DNA of 43,831 nucleotides from a virus. Its lineage: Duplodnaviria; Heunggongvirae; Uroviricota; Caudoviricetes. The stretch lies in the IMG/VR virus record IMGVR_UViG_2711768019_000013; one strand, written 5' to 3'. The notes under the pieces were generated by a model. It was not told where the DNA came from. It ran no database searches and saw only the letters and a list, made by a program, of their open reading frames with translations. The position numbers and the translations under genes were made by a program. Below, piece after piece: positions 29,851 to 38,445 of this stretch; position 1 is the stretch's first letter, and each line of letters opens with the position of its first letter.

Positions 29851-30852
29851 TTAGTAATCTGCGTGTTTCGCACTTTTCAGAAATGCTTTCATATTTTCAT
29901 TAGGTCGCTCAATTTCGAAGTTACTTCCATATAACTCTTGTAATTTTGGCCATAACTTACTTAATAACCCTCTCCTGCGATAAAATGGATGTATCCAAAC
30001 GGTAGATAGGTACGGAGAATTTGCATTTGAATTGTTTATTGTGACCAGCCCAACTAAACATTGTCGATAACCACTATTATCCATTGATTGTATTTCTTCG
30101 ACGAATGGATACGCGATTACATCAGTCCAACCATGATCGGTTGTATCCCATTGCATTCCGTCATGACATTCCTTCGACTGATAGCGGCGTAAAGCTACAC
30201 ACGCGAGCTTTTGCCAATCTGGAGAATTAATTGTGATCTCTTCATCGTATGACGCGCCTATTGGAGCGGGTATTGGTCTGATTAATCCAGCATGGCATTC
30301 ATCATAGAACTTCATGTTTCCCTCAGAAACGTTGTGTACGTTGGGTTGCTCCATGTGTGCGCCATTCAAAAATAGCTCTGATAGTAGTGTATCTACACTG
30401 TAATCTTTATTGATTATTGTCGGCTTAGAGTTTTTCTTATTAAGGCCGCGAGTAACGATTTTTTGATCAATGTTAACAACATGGAATAATCCGTCGGGGA
30501 GGCTAGCGAACCACGATGGGGCATCGGACCAGAATAGCATGCCTTTTGTACTTCTTAAGAGTTTAATTAAGTTAATACAAGCTTCTTCACTAGTCTTGCC
30601 GTTGATGCGAAGTATGTTAGGACTAAAGTAATATTCATCCATATCAGGGAATGCAGCTTCGCAAAACTCCTGTACATAATTTAGCACCTGGATTCTACAG
30701 AGATCATCATAGCTGGTAATAACTAAGGGGGTATCTTCATTACTATTATGATTATCAATAATGCAATCTATAGCGAGACTTACTGCTTTGCGTATCACTT
30801 CAGTTGAATCTAACGACTCTAAAAATTTTGTCTTTCGTGTGCGAATATCCAT
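29851..30852 (-). CDS. Hypothetical protein (333 aa), second gene of an AT-rich two-gene operon; C-terminal region weakly GNAT acetyltransferase-like
   Basis: Start ATG 30852 lies 15 nt after the ORF A stop; C-terminal ...CLVGLVTINNSNANSPYLSTVWIHPFYRRRGLLSKLWPKL... resembles GNAT motif A (compare RimI FQRRGLG); N-terminal 200 aa unrecognised; low GC. Confidence 0.55.
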   Translation of the reverse strand: MDIRTRKTKFLESLDSTEVIRKAVSLAIDCIIDNHNSNEDTPLVITSYDDLCRIQVLNYVQEFCEAAFPDMDEYYFSPNILRINGKTSEEACINLIKLLRSTKGMLFWSDAPSWFASLPDGLFHVVNIDQKIVTRGLNKKNSKPTIINKDYSVDTLLSELFLNGAHMEQPNVHNVSEGNMKFYDECHAGLIRPIPAPIGASYDEEITINSPDWQKLACVALRRYQSKECHDGMQWDTTDHGWTDVIAYPFVEEIQSMDNSGYRQCLVGLVTINNSNANSPYLSTVWIHPFYRRRGLLSKLWPKLQELYGSNFEIERPNENMKAFLKSAKHADY

Positions 30853-30867
30853 GTATGACCTGCGCTA

Positions 30868-31890
30868 TTAAAATTCATGAATGAACGGTTTGTCATCTGG
30901 TTGCAAAATGGTGGTTTTATTCGTTGCTACATTTAAACTGTTGTAGAGCATAATTGCCAGGTTCGATGCATTTTCAATCAGCGTTTCAAGATCCTGGTCT
31001 GTAATCACTACGAGGTTCCCTTCTTTATCCTTTCCACCACGATGCACTAAGTGATTTCGATTGAGGGTTGCCAATTCAATAGCTTCTATCGGACAGTCTT
31101 TTTGTACTTTTATATCGAATGTAGCTTCATAGCGGTCGATTACCTTTTTAGTGCTATGCCAGCTTGCACTGATCAAGTGTTCCTTGATTGACCTGATTAG
31201 CTCTCCCCTAATTTTCTCGATGGGTTCACCCTTGAAAGGCAACGCAGCAATATCTTTGCTTACTTTAAATTCAGTCTTACCTTTTTCTATACAATTGGCT
31301 ATGTAGACATCATCTTTCTCTATAGAATTAATGAATAGCTCAACATAAAGCGTTTCCAAAGCTGTAATAACATTCGTGTAGAGCAAACTAAGCAAGTGGT
31401 TTTTTTGCTGTTGTTCAGTTTTATCTTTTGCAAGTTTTTTTATTTTATCGATATTATCAATGAATTTTAAATACGGATTACCGGAAGACGTTACAGCGTC
31501 GTAGATATCATCATCGTACCAATCATCTATATTATTTGAGTTTCCAGACCAGTCAAAACATTGTGTTTGTAATTCATCTACTAATTCCTCAATATACTCA
31601 GATTTAACATATTGACCGAAGATGGATTGTAGTTCTTCGCTCGCATCATACGGCCCGCCATATATGTAAGCATAGCCACCTTCTCTACTTTCATACGGAC
31701 AAGCATTTGCCGGATCTTCAAAGTTTTCAAAGAACCAGTTTTTCATTACTTCGAGTTGATCTTTTTTGCTTATGTATTTTAAAGATTTTAGTGGAACTTT
31801 CTTTCCATTAACCTCGAAAACAATTTTCACGATGTAACGCTCCCTTGTATCAATTGCGCAACTATTATACCACAGCGAAATACAGGGCAT
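30868..31890 (-). CDS. Hypothetical protein (340 aa), first gene of the AT-rich two-gene operon; C-terminal R-x4-H (HEPN-like) motif
   Basis: Strong AAGGAGG Shine-Dalgarno 6 nt before ATG 31890 (MPCISLWYNSC...); C-terminal ...ATLNRNHLVHRGG... fits the Rx4-6H pattern; no family recognised by eye; low GC. Confidence 0.55.
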   Translation of the reverse strand: MPCISLWYNSCAIDTRERYIVKIVFEVNGKKVPLKSLKYISKKDQLEVMKNWFFENFEDPANACPYESREGGYAYIYGGPYDASEELQSIFGQYVKSEYIEELVDELQTQCFDWSGNSNNIDDWYDDDIYDAVTSSGNPYLKFIDNIDKIKKLAKDKTEQQQKNHLLSLLYTNVITALETLYVELFINSIEKDDVYIANCIEKGKTEFKVSKDIAALPFKGEPIEKIRGELIRSIKEHLISASWHSTKKVIDRYEATFDIKVQKDCPIEAIELATLNRNHLVHRGGKDKEGNLVVITDQDLETLIENASNLAIMLYNSLNVATNKTTILQPDDKPFIHEF

Positions 31891-31928
31891 AACCTGCCTC
31901 CTTAAACTAACATACCATGAGCCAGCAA

Positions 31929-31954
31929 TGTCCGCTATTGGCACAAAGCGGACA
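31929..31954. promoter_or_regulatory. Perfect 8-10-8 inverted repeat (TGTCCGCT-N10-AGCGGACA) upstream of ORF A; candidate operator
   Basis: Plus-strand tgtccgct attggcacaa agcggaca at 31929-31954, about 40 nt upstream of the ORF A start on the minus strand; not followed by a U-run, so not a terminator. Confidence 0.4.
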
Positions 31955-32028
31955 ACCACGCTAGCTCTCCCCTGTGCCAGAAAAATGTCAATTTACATAT
32001 GAACTAATGCTCTTTGATCTAGTAACGT

Positions 32029-32445
32029 CTATAAATACCGAAGATTTCCTTGATAAAATGCCAGTACACGTTTCATAACTTCACTCTTCCGGCACTCGCG
32101 ACAGATTATGTTCTGACGCCTGTCATAGCGGCGTATTTCTCCGTCTGGTAATGACCAGATAAGGTCAGGATCAACCACAACCGTTTTTTTCACCTTTGCC
32201 CTGGATAGTTTTTTGCGGGCGTTTTTCCAATCCTTACGAGCCTGTTCAGACGGGAATAACCCATAGCCAGAGTTGTATACATCGCCACTGGCAACCAACT
32301 CTCTGGCAAGAATGCTCATCAGATATCTTGTCGCACCTGTCTTGGCCTCCAGTTGCCTTAACGTCTCGCGCCCACTCTGGCGTACCAACTCAACAACCTG
32401 CTCCTTAATTTTTTCACGCTCTTCCTGTGTAAAAACTTTTGCCAT
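32029..32445 (-). CDS. Hypothetical protein with predicted winged-HTH-like N-terminus and CxxC motif (139 aa from MAKVF)
   Basis: GGAGGCG then ATG 32445; ...ETLRQLEAKTGATRYLMSILARELVASGDV... helix-turn-helix-like; ...ICRECRK...; normal GC unlike the downstream island. Confidence 0.45.
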   Translation of the reverse strand: MAKVFTQEEREKIKEQVVELVRQSGRETLRQLEAKTGATRYLMSILARELVASGDVYNSGYGLFPSEQARKDWKNARKKLSRAKVKKTVVVDPDLIWSLPDGEIRRYDRRQNIICRECRKSEVMKRVLAFYQGNLRYL

Positions 32446-32460
32446 AAGCGCCTCCGGCAA

Positions 32461-33222
32461 TCACTTTTCCGACACAATACGACTGGAGGAATCGACAATC
32501 TGTCGGACAATATCCCGGTGCTTGTTCAGCTCCCGCAGCGCGGCGCAGACTCGCTCCCACTTCTGGACATGATTTTTCGCCCGACGCAGTTCGCGGTTTG
32601 CCATATGCAGCGATGGTAAAACTAGGTCATCCGCTTGCGTTTCAGTAAACGATGGCAGCGACTGCACAATGTCCGCCACAGTTTCTGTTTTAATATCTTC
32701 CTGTGTTGCCGCTTCCTGTACTGGTAACGCAACACCGGCTGGCTGAGGAAAGGCTTTACCATCAGTTTCCGCTACCGATGCAGCTTTCGGCTCTGCTGGT
32801 AAATTATCGCCCGGCATGCAGTAACGAAATTTACTGTTCTGGTTTACGCGAATCAGGCGTCCTTTGCTGATTGCCATTGCCAGCGTTGAAGCAACTTTGC
32901 GGGATGTTGTACCGAACAGCGTAGCCAGTTCATCCGCCGTTTGTGGTCCGCGTTGTTCAATCGTCGCGGTTAAATCGCACTCTGAGATTTTCACTACAGT
33001 TGCCGTGGTGGTTTCTTCCGGCAGTTCTGCCTGCATTGGCTGTTCCTGCTGAACGTTGTTATCAGCCACACGCCAGGTGTACGCGCTTTTATCAACGAAA
33101 CCAGCTTTTTTCAGTTCCCATAGTTCGTTCAGCACTTCTTCACGACTGATATCAAGTCGCGCAGCAAGTTCTATGGATGTGGCTTTTCCCATTGCTTTCA
33201 GTGCGTCAAAAACAGTCTCCAT
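32461..33222 (-). CDS. Replication-arm protein of unknown function, occupying the Rac ydaW (DUF1627-like) position; start at [13 protein letters not shown]
   Basis: GGGAGG Shine-Dalgarno 8 nt before ATG 33222; directly downstream of the DnaC-like gene. Confidence 0.45.
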   Translation of the reverse strand: METVFDALKAMGKATSIELAARLDISREEVLNELWELKKAGFVDKSAYTWRVADNNVQQEQPMQAELPEETTTATVVKISECDLTATIEQRGPQTADELATLFGTTSRKVASTLAMAISKGRLIRVNQNSKFRYCMPGDNLPAEPKAASVAETDGKAFPQPAGVALPVQEAATQEDIKTETVADIVQSLPSFTETQADDLVLPSLHMANRELRRAKNHVQKWERVCAALRELNKHRDIVRQIVDSSSRIVSEK

Positions 33223-33244
33223 AAAAATTTCCTCCCGGTAAAAA

Positions 33245-34036
33245 TTACTTCTCAATTCCTGGCTGGACGACATTCGGACGCCAGCTCTCCCAGTTAAAAT
33301 TCACCCATCGCCNNNNNNNNNNNNNNNNNNNNNNNNNNNNNNNNNNNNNNNNNNNNNNNNNNNNNNNNNNNNNNNNNNNNNNNNNNNNNNNNNNNNNNNN
33401 NNNNNNNNNNNNNNNNNNNNNNNNNNNNNNNNNNNNNNNNNNNNNNNNNNNNNNNNNNNNNNNNNNNNNNNNNNNNNNNNNNNNNNNNNNNNNNNNNNNN
33501 NNNNNNNNNNNNNNNNNNNNNNNNNNNNNNNNNNNNNNNNNNNNNNNNNNNNNNNNNNNNNNNNNNNNNNNNNNNNNNNNNNNNNNNNNNNNNNNNNNNN
33601 NNNNNNNNNNNNNNNNNNNNNNNNNNNNNNNNNNNNNNNNNNNNNNNNNNNNNNNNNNNNNNNNNNNNNNNNNGATAGCTGCCGCTAAGTGGTTCTTCCC
33701 GGTACCAGGTTTTCCGCTGAACGCAAAATTTGTACACCCGGTCATCAGTTCATCAGCGATGGATTTCGCCTGACTCAACGCGTATCGCTGCGCTTCGTTC
33801 TGCACCTGGTAATTCGAAAACGAGCATTTGCGGTGCAATGGCTGGATGCCAGAGCGATTCAGAATTTTTTCCACCCGCAACTGACGATTCTGACGGTTGA
33901 TCTCCTCACAACGTTTCTGGCCTTCGGAAAGTTGCCACTCGCGCCACTCCGCTACCGTCTTGAATGGCGCGGTTACATGTGACGGGGCCAGTCTGCGGAT
34001 ACGTTCAAGAACGTCGCCTGTCGCAATATTTTTCAT
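33245..34036 (-). CDS. DnaC-like replication protein (AAA+ helicase loader, lambda P analogue); interrupted by gap 33313-33673
   Basis: Walker [17 protein letters not shown] just before the gap; N-terminal ...[40 protein letters not shown]... typical of DnaC-family N-domains; follows the O-like gene. Confidence 0.65.
   Translation of the reverse strand: MKNIATGDVLERIRRLAPSHVTAPFKTVAEWREWQLSEGQKRCEEINRQNRQLRVEKILNRSGIQPLHRKCSFSNYQVQNEAQRYALSQAKSIADELMTGCTNFAFSGKPGTGKNHLAAAIXXXXXXXXXXXXXXXXXXXXXXXXXXXXXXXXXXXXXXXXXXXXXXXXXXXXXXXXXXXXXXXXXXXXXXXXXXXXXXXXXXXXXXXXXXXXXXXXXXXXXXXXXXXXXXXXXXXXXXXXXRWVNFNWESWRPNVVQPGIEK
33313..33673. other. Assembly gap (361 N) inside the DnaC-like gene
   Basis: Run of n characters. 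Confidence 0.99.
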
Positions 34037-34042
34037 GGTCAG

Positions 34043-34900
34043 TTACCCCCTGAAGCCTGGCGGGATCGCACTATCCGGTAACGAGACGGTGTTAACCTGT
34101 CGGAGTAACGTCTCAGGTCGAACACCTTTCGGCGCGAACAAGCCCTGGTATTCATTGGCGATGCTGTGTCGAATCACCTGCTCAGGTGAAAAACCCTGCT
34201 GGCGGAATTTTTCCAGCTCCCGTATCGCCCCGTTAGCGCCCTGCTCCGTTCGAATCGGTTTTCGCAATGCCTGGCGAAATTCAACCCACTCACGCCAAAG
34301 CGAGACAGAAATCCAGTTCGGCAAAGCAATATCCAGAGGGTCAAACTTTTTGACACCTCGATTCCCCCGGGGGGGATTTAGGGGGGGATCTGTTTTTAGA
34401 TCTTTATCTGTATCTTTATTAGTTGCCTTTGTGTTGACATCATGTTCAAACACCACTTCAACATCTGTTTGAACACCTGTTAAATTTCTCTCTTGTTTTG
34501 TTTGAACATCTGCTTCCTTTCTGCTTCTTCTGGCCTGAACAGATGCTTTTCCTGCGGCTGATTTTTTGGTTAATTTTTCCCTGACTGATGCCAGATCTTC
34601 CTCAATCCGAAGATGCACCCATTCCTCGCCGTTATCGCAAAAAAACTCCTGCAAGGATGGTTCAACATCAGCCCATCGCTCGTTAGTCAGACGGGCAATT
34701 TTTGCCAGCCTGTTTTTAGGTATTGGCTTTCCTGTTTGCCAGTAATTGAACATCAGCAACAAATACGCACCATGCTCCTCTGCTGACAAATGCATGGTGT
34801 CAGCCAGGTAATCAGCTATGTACAGTTGCATGTATGGTAATGCGGCCATAATTGCCCCGTATGATGCTGCCCGGTGGCTTAGAATAAGCACAAACAGCAT
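34043..34900 (-). CDS. Replication initiation protein (Rac YdaU-like, lambda O analogue)
   Basis: 285 aa between the ydaT-like and DnaC-like genes; N-terminal ...YIADYLADTMHLSAEEHGAYLLLMFNYWQTGKPIP... then acidic/basic linker. Confidence 0.6.
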   Translation of the reverse strand: MLFVLILSHRAASYGAIMAALPYMQLYIADYLADTMHLSAEEHGAYLLLMFNYWQTGKPIPKNRLAKIARLTNERWADVEPSLQEFFCDNGEEWVHLRIEEDLASVREKLTKKSAAGKASVQARRSRKEADVQTKQERNLTGVQTDVEVVFEHDVNTKATNKDTDKDLKTDPPLNPPRGNRGVKKFDPLDIALPNWISVSLWREWVEFRQALRKPIRTEQGANGAIRELEKFRQQGFSPEQVIRHSIANEYQGLFAPKGVRPETLLRQVNTVSLPDSAIPPGFRG

Positions 34901-34912
34901 GGAAACTTTTGC

Positions 34913-35335
34913 TTAATGAACAATGACAGAATCGTCGGAAGACCCGCCGCCGCTGAAATGCGCTTTCCGGTAAACGGCTTGGACTGCATCATCATGCGCA
35001 TCAATTGCCGTACTTAACGCTTCCTGCGCCGCCAGTAATGCACGGCGTTCCAGGGTATCGAAGATGCAGAGTCGGTGACGCAGCTCGCGCGGAAGGATTG
35101 CCAGAATTGCTGGGATCAGCTTCTGAATTTTTTCTCTTTGCGTTTTCGTTTCACCTTTCAACCAACGGTGATAGATATTCTGCTGATTATTCCAGTCCTT
35201 GCCTGGTACCAGGGGCAATTCGCCGCCCCCCTGGCGCAGATATTCTTCAGTAATGGCATTGGCTACCCATGCCTGCCCTTTTTCGGCTGCCAGGGCTAAC
35301 AACACTGACTCGATGTGCTCATGCTTGATTTTCAT
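34913..35335 (-). CDS. YdaT-like protein (cII position; reported Rac toxin partner of YdaS)
   Basis: 140 aa, MKIKHEHIESVLLALAAEKGQAWVANAITEEYLRQGGGELPLVPGKDWNNQQNIYHRWLKGETKTQREKI...; ATGA overlap with the upstream Cro-like gene. Confidence 0.6.
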   Translation of the reverse strand: MKIKHEHIESVLLALAAEKGQAWVANAITEEYLRQGGGELPLVPGKDWNNQQNIYHRWLKGETKTQREKIQKLIPAILAILPRELRHRLCIFDTLERRALLAAQEALSTAIDAHDDAVQAVYRKAHFSGGGSSDDSVIVH

Positions 35336-35586
35336 GAATCAACTCCCATCAGCTTTTTCGTAGTAGTTTTATTTCTGCCAATAGTTAAAATTACATCAGC
35401 AGAAAATAATCCGTTTGATGCATGAGCGATTTTTTCAGCGTAATTTGTTTCGCCGGTATATTCTGTGCGAGGCAATTTTCCGTTATCCATCCATTTGTAG
35501 ATTGCTCTTTGGCTGACACCACAAACGTCGGCCACAACAGAAACGCGAACAGTTTTGATTACATCTTCAAGTGTTTTCTGGTTCAT
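35332..35586 (-). CDS. Cro-like HTH protein (Rac YdaS position), start at MNQKTLEDV
   Basis: GAGGGTG Shine-Dalgarno before ATG 35586; HTH ...VADVCGVSQRAIYKWMDNGKLP...; divergent from the repressor gene. Confidence 0.6.
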   Translation of the reverse strand: MNQKTLEDVIKTVRVSVVADVCGVSQRAIYKWMDNGKLPRTEYTGETNYAEKIAHASNGLFSADVILTIGRNKTTTKKLMGVDS

Positions 35587-35647
35587 ATCACCCTCACAAT
35601 GTGAACTTTGAGTACATGCTATAACAGAACTGACAGTACATTCAAGA
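35587..35647. promoter_or_regulatory. Divergent immunity-region promoter/operator (repressor versus cro-like)
   Basis: Minus-strand candidate promoter TTGAAT (35640-35645) -16- TATAGC (35618-35623); direct repeats AGTACAT at 35611-35617 and 35635-35641 overlap it. Confidence 0.4.
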
Positions 35648-36085
35648 GTGAATATCATTGAACTTATGGTTCATGAAGATAAAGCGCGTAAAGAGTTCGC
35701 CAGTAGGCTTGCGCTAGCCTGTGAAAACGCTGGTTATGAACAACATGGAAGGCAGGCAGAAATTGCCCGTCGAATGAAATTAACACCAAAAGCGGTTAGC
35801 AAATGGTTTAATGGCGAAACAATTCCTCGCCGAGAGAAATTAAGGGAATTAGCAACACTCATTGGAACAACACCAACCTATCTTTTGGGAGAGGATACAG
35901 AAGAAAGTGGACAGGTACGTTTCTATCAGGAGTTAAATCCAAGACAAAAAATCATCATTGACCTTCTGGACGAGCTCCCTGACAGTGAGACAGATGAACT
36001 TTTAAAAACTCTTGAGGAGAAAAAACAGAAGTACAATGCAATTTACGAAGAGCTAGCACGAAAGAAAAAACAAAAAGCCTCTTAA
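35648..36085 (+). CDS. Prophage repressor, XRE-family HTH (Rac RacR position); track start is GTG 35648, alternative ATG 35666
   Basis: HTH ...RQAEIARRMKLTPKAVSKWFNGETIPRREKLRELATLIGTTPTYLL...; divergent from the cro-like gene; same orientation as the early-left arm. Confidence 0.6.
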   Translation: MNIIELMVHEDKARKEFASRLALACENAGYEQHGRQAEIARRMKLTPKAVSKWFNGETIPRREKLRELATLIGTTPTYLLGEDTEESGQVRFYQELNPRQKIIIDLLDELPDSETDELLKTLEEKKQKYNAIYEELARKKKQKAS

Positions 36086-36375
36086 ACCAGCATAAATCCG
36101 GTAGCGTCCCCCTCCGGGTTTGTGCTTCACTTTATCCCATCTCATTTTTTTACACACAAAATGTACTTATAGTACTTTACATCAATGAACACAAAGTACA
36201 TTATATACCTACCAACCCACCCCGCCCCACAGAACGCAGGGCAATACTTCGAGTTACCAGGCAGTGGTCAGGGGTTAAGTAGCCAGCCCGAGGCGTATGA
36301 ACATGACGGCAGGGTTCAGATTTTGCAGTGCAGCAGGTTTCAGTTCCGCCACCCGGCGTTAAGGGGAGAGATAAG

Positions 36376-36510
36376 ATGGTGCATTACGAAGTAGTTCAGT
36401 ATTTGATGGATTGTTGCGGTATCACTTACAACCAGGCTGTGCAGGCTTTACGCAGCAACGACTGGGATCTCTGGCAGGCAGAAGTCGCTATACACAGCAA
36501 CAAGATGTGA
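36376..36510 (+). CDS. Small protein (44 aa from MVHYEVVQYL), Rac ydaF-like position
   Basis: GGGGAGAG before ATG 36376; the upstream part of the track ORF has no ribosome-binding site. Confidence 0.4.
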   Translation: MVHYEVVQYLMDCCGITYNQAVQALRSNDWDLWQAEVAIHSNKM

Positions 36511-36520
36511 GATTCGCAAA

Positions 36521-36676
36521 ATGCAAAAAATCGACCTCGGCAACAACGAATCCCTGGTGTGCGGCGTGTTCCCCAACCAGGATGGAACGTTCACTGCCAT
36601 GACGTATACCAAAAGCAAAACATTTAAAACCGAAACTGGTGCGCGCCGATGGTTGGAGAAGCACACAGTAAGCTAA
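36521..36676 (+). CDS. Small protein (51 aa), Rac ydaG-like position; not in the track
   Basis: My translation MQKIDLGNNESLVCGVFPNQDGTFTAMTYTKSKTFKTETGARRWLEKHTVS; ATG 36521, TAA 36674-36676; convergent 4-nt overlap with the sieB stop. Confidence 0.4.
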   Translation: MQKIDLGNNESLVCGVFPNQDGTFTAMTYTKSKTFKTETGARRWLEKHTVS

Positions 36677-37161
36677 CGATTAAAACGTCTACTCCTGCTG
36701 TTCCAGAATAACTTCATAAAATGGGAGTATTTTTCGGTGACGAGATAATAAGAACAGTTTGCGCTATCACTCTGATGTTGAATGATGCCCTTCCGTTCTA
36801 ATTTTTTCATAACCGGGTTACGGCAAGGAGAAGTGATAATAAGATTTCCTGTTTTAAGGAAATCTTTAAATACAGCGATTTCTTTCTCAGATAAACGAAG
36901 CAATACTCGTTGCTCTGGTAGTAATGAATAATGCTTTTGAATATGTGCTCGCAATCTTGAGAAGGAAATGGCGACCACGAAAGAAAAGGCAAAAACGATA
37001 ATCTGAAAGAGCCAAGGTATTTCAGTATAAGCATTGAATGCGACAGTAAACTCTTTCGGTATCAGCCAGAGAGTGAGACCAAAAATGATAATCGTATACA
37101 TAAGTATTTCGAGTGGCTCGTTAGCAAAAAGTTTCAACAATGGAGTAAATACATCCAACAT
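36673..37161 (-). CDS. sieB: Superinfection exclusion protein B (start at MLDVFTPLLKLF)
   Basis: Membrane protein ...YTIIIFGLTLWLIPKEFTVAFNAYTEIPWLFQIIVFAFSFVVAISFSRLRAHIQKHY...; recognised as Rac/lambda SieB. Confidence 0.8.
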   Translation of the reverse strand: MLDVFTPLLKLFANEPLEILMYTIIIFGLTLWLIPKEFTVAFNAYTEIPWLFQIIVFAFSFVVAISFSRLRAHIQKHYSLLPEQRVLLRLSEKEIAVFKDFLKTGNLIITSPCRNPVMKKLERKGIIQHQSDSANCSYYLVTEKYSHFMKLFWNSRSRRFNR

Positions 37162-37602
37162 ATCAATAACTCTCAACTGTAAGGGTATTGAAATGTTAAC
37201 ACAAGCTCTCGCTGTAGGGGTATAGCCGAGACCACCGAAGCCCGGAGGTGGTGAAATAAAACCGGGCACAACACGAAGGCGCATTTCCGATATCCATAAA
37301 GAGTCGGTCTTGTCTGTTAAATTTAAATGGTGGGAGTGCGCCTCCGGTTGTAAATAACGACATTGCTGTGTGTAGTCCTGGCGGCATCAGTTTTTTTCTT
37401 GAAGTTCGGCTGATGTCCGCCCTTTTTAAAGTGAATTTTGTGATGCGGTGAATGCGGCTAAGCGCACGTGGCACAGTTAAAAGTCATGTTAGTCCTTATT
37501 GGTTTGGGTGGGAAAGCCGACTGTAATTGTTAACTGGTTGCAGTCACCTGGAGGCACCAGGCACCGCATCAACAAAGTTCATTTGTAAAAATGGAGATAA
37601 TT

Positions 37603-37824
37603 ATGATTGCACATCACTTCGGAACTGATGAAATACCACGTCAGTGTGTGACTCCTGGCGATTATGTTCTTCATGAAGGCCGGACATATATTGCCTCGGC
37701 AAACAATATTAAAAAGCGAAAACTATATATTCGTAACCTGACCACAAAAACATGCATTACTGACCGCATGATTAAAGTCTTCCTCGGTCGTGATGGTTTA
37801 CCTGTAAAGGCGGAGTCATGGTGA
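37603..37824 (+). CDS. kilR: KilR (Rac FtsZ inhibitor), 73 aa
   Basis: [73 protein letters not shown] matches my memory of KilR. Confidence 0.8.
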   Translation: MIAHHFGTDEIPRQCVTPGDYVLHEGRTYIASANNIKKRKLYIRNLTTKTCITDRMIKVFLGRDGLPVKAESW

Positions 37825-37994
37825 TGACTAAGAAAATAAAATGTGCTTACCACCTTTGCAAAAAAGACGTTGAAGAAAGCAAAGCTATTGAAAGAATGCT
37901 TCACTTCATGCACGGGATTTTATCAAAAGACGAACCGAGAAAATATTGCAGTGAAGCTTGTGCCGAAAAAGACCAGATGGCACATGAACTTTAA
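37824..37994 (+). CDS. ydaE: YdaE-like small Cys-rich protein (56 aa); not in the track
   Basis: ATG 37824 overlaps the kilR stop (GTGATGA); my translation [56 protein letters not shown]; TAA 37992-37994. Confidence 0.65.
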   Translation: MTKKIKCAYHLCKKDVEESKAIERMLHFMHGILSKDEPRKYCSEACAEKDQMAHEL

Positions 37995-38068
37995 TTAATT
38001 GACTATTCGAAACTGAATTTATGCCAGAAATGGCAGGTATTCGCTCAACCTTAATTAAGGAGAAAAAC

Positions 38069-38344
38069 ATGATTACCAATTATGAAGCCACTGTTGTAAC
38101 TACCGATGACATTGTTCACGAGGTGAATCTGGAAGGAAAGCGCATTGGCTACGTAATTAAAACAGAAAATAAAGAAACCCCATTCACTGTGGTTGATATC
38201 GATGGTCCATCAGGCAACGTAAAAACACTTGATGAAGGTGTCAAAAAAATGTGCCTGGTGCATATCGGAAAGAATCTGCCCGCAGAAAAAAAAGCCGAAT
38301 TTCTGGCAACTCTAATTGCAATGAAATTAAAAGGTGAAATCTGA
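38069..38344 (+). CDS. racC: RacC (91 aa)
   Basis: AAGGAGAAAAAC before ATG 38069; MITNYEATVVTTDDIVHEVNLEGKRIGYVIKTENKETPF... matches my memory of RacC. Confidence 0.8.
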   Translation: MITNYEATVVTTDDIVHEVNLEGKRIGYVIKTENKETPFTVVDIDGPSGNVKTLDEGVKKMCLVHIGKNLPAEKKAEFLATLIAMKLKGEI

Positions 38345-38445
38345 AAGAAATAGCCTGCGTATGGCGCAGGCTATGAACAGTGTGTATCCGGCAAGATCAT
38401 TCACTGAACAAAACGAATTTTAATCTGAGTTGAGGTTAAAAAACA

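Noticed and set aside
31938-31956. Sigma-54-like TGGCAC element upstream of ORF A
   Set aside because: TGGCAC is present, but the required TTGCW at the -12 spacing is absent, and it is on the wrong strand for ORF A.
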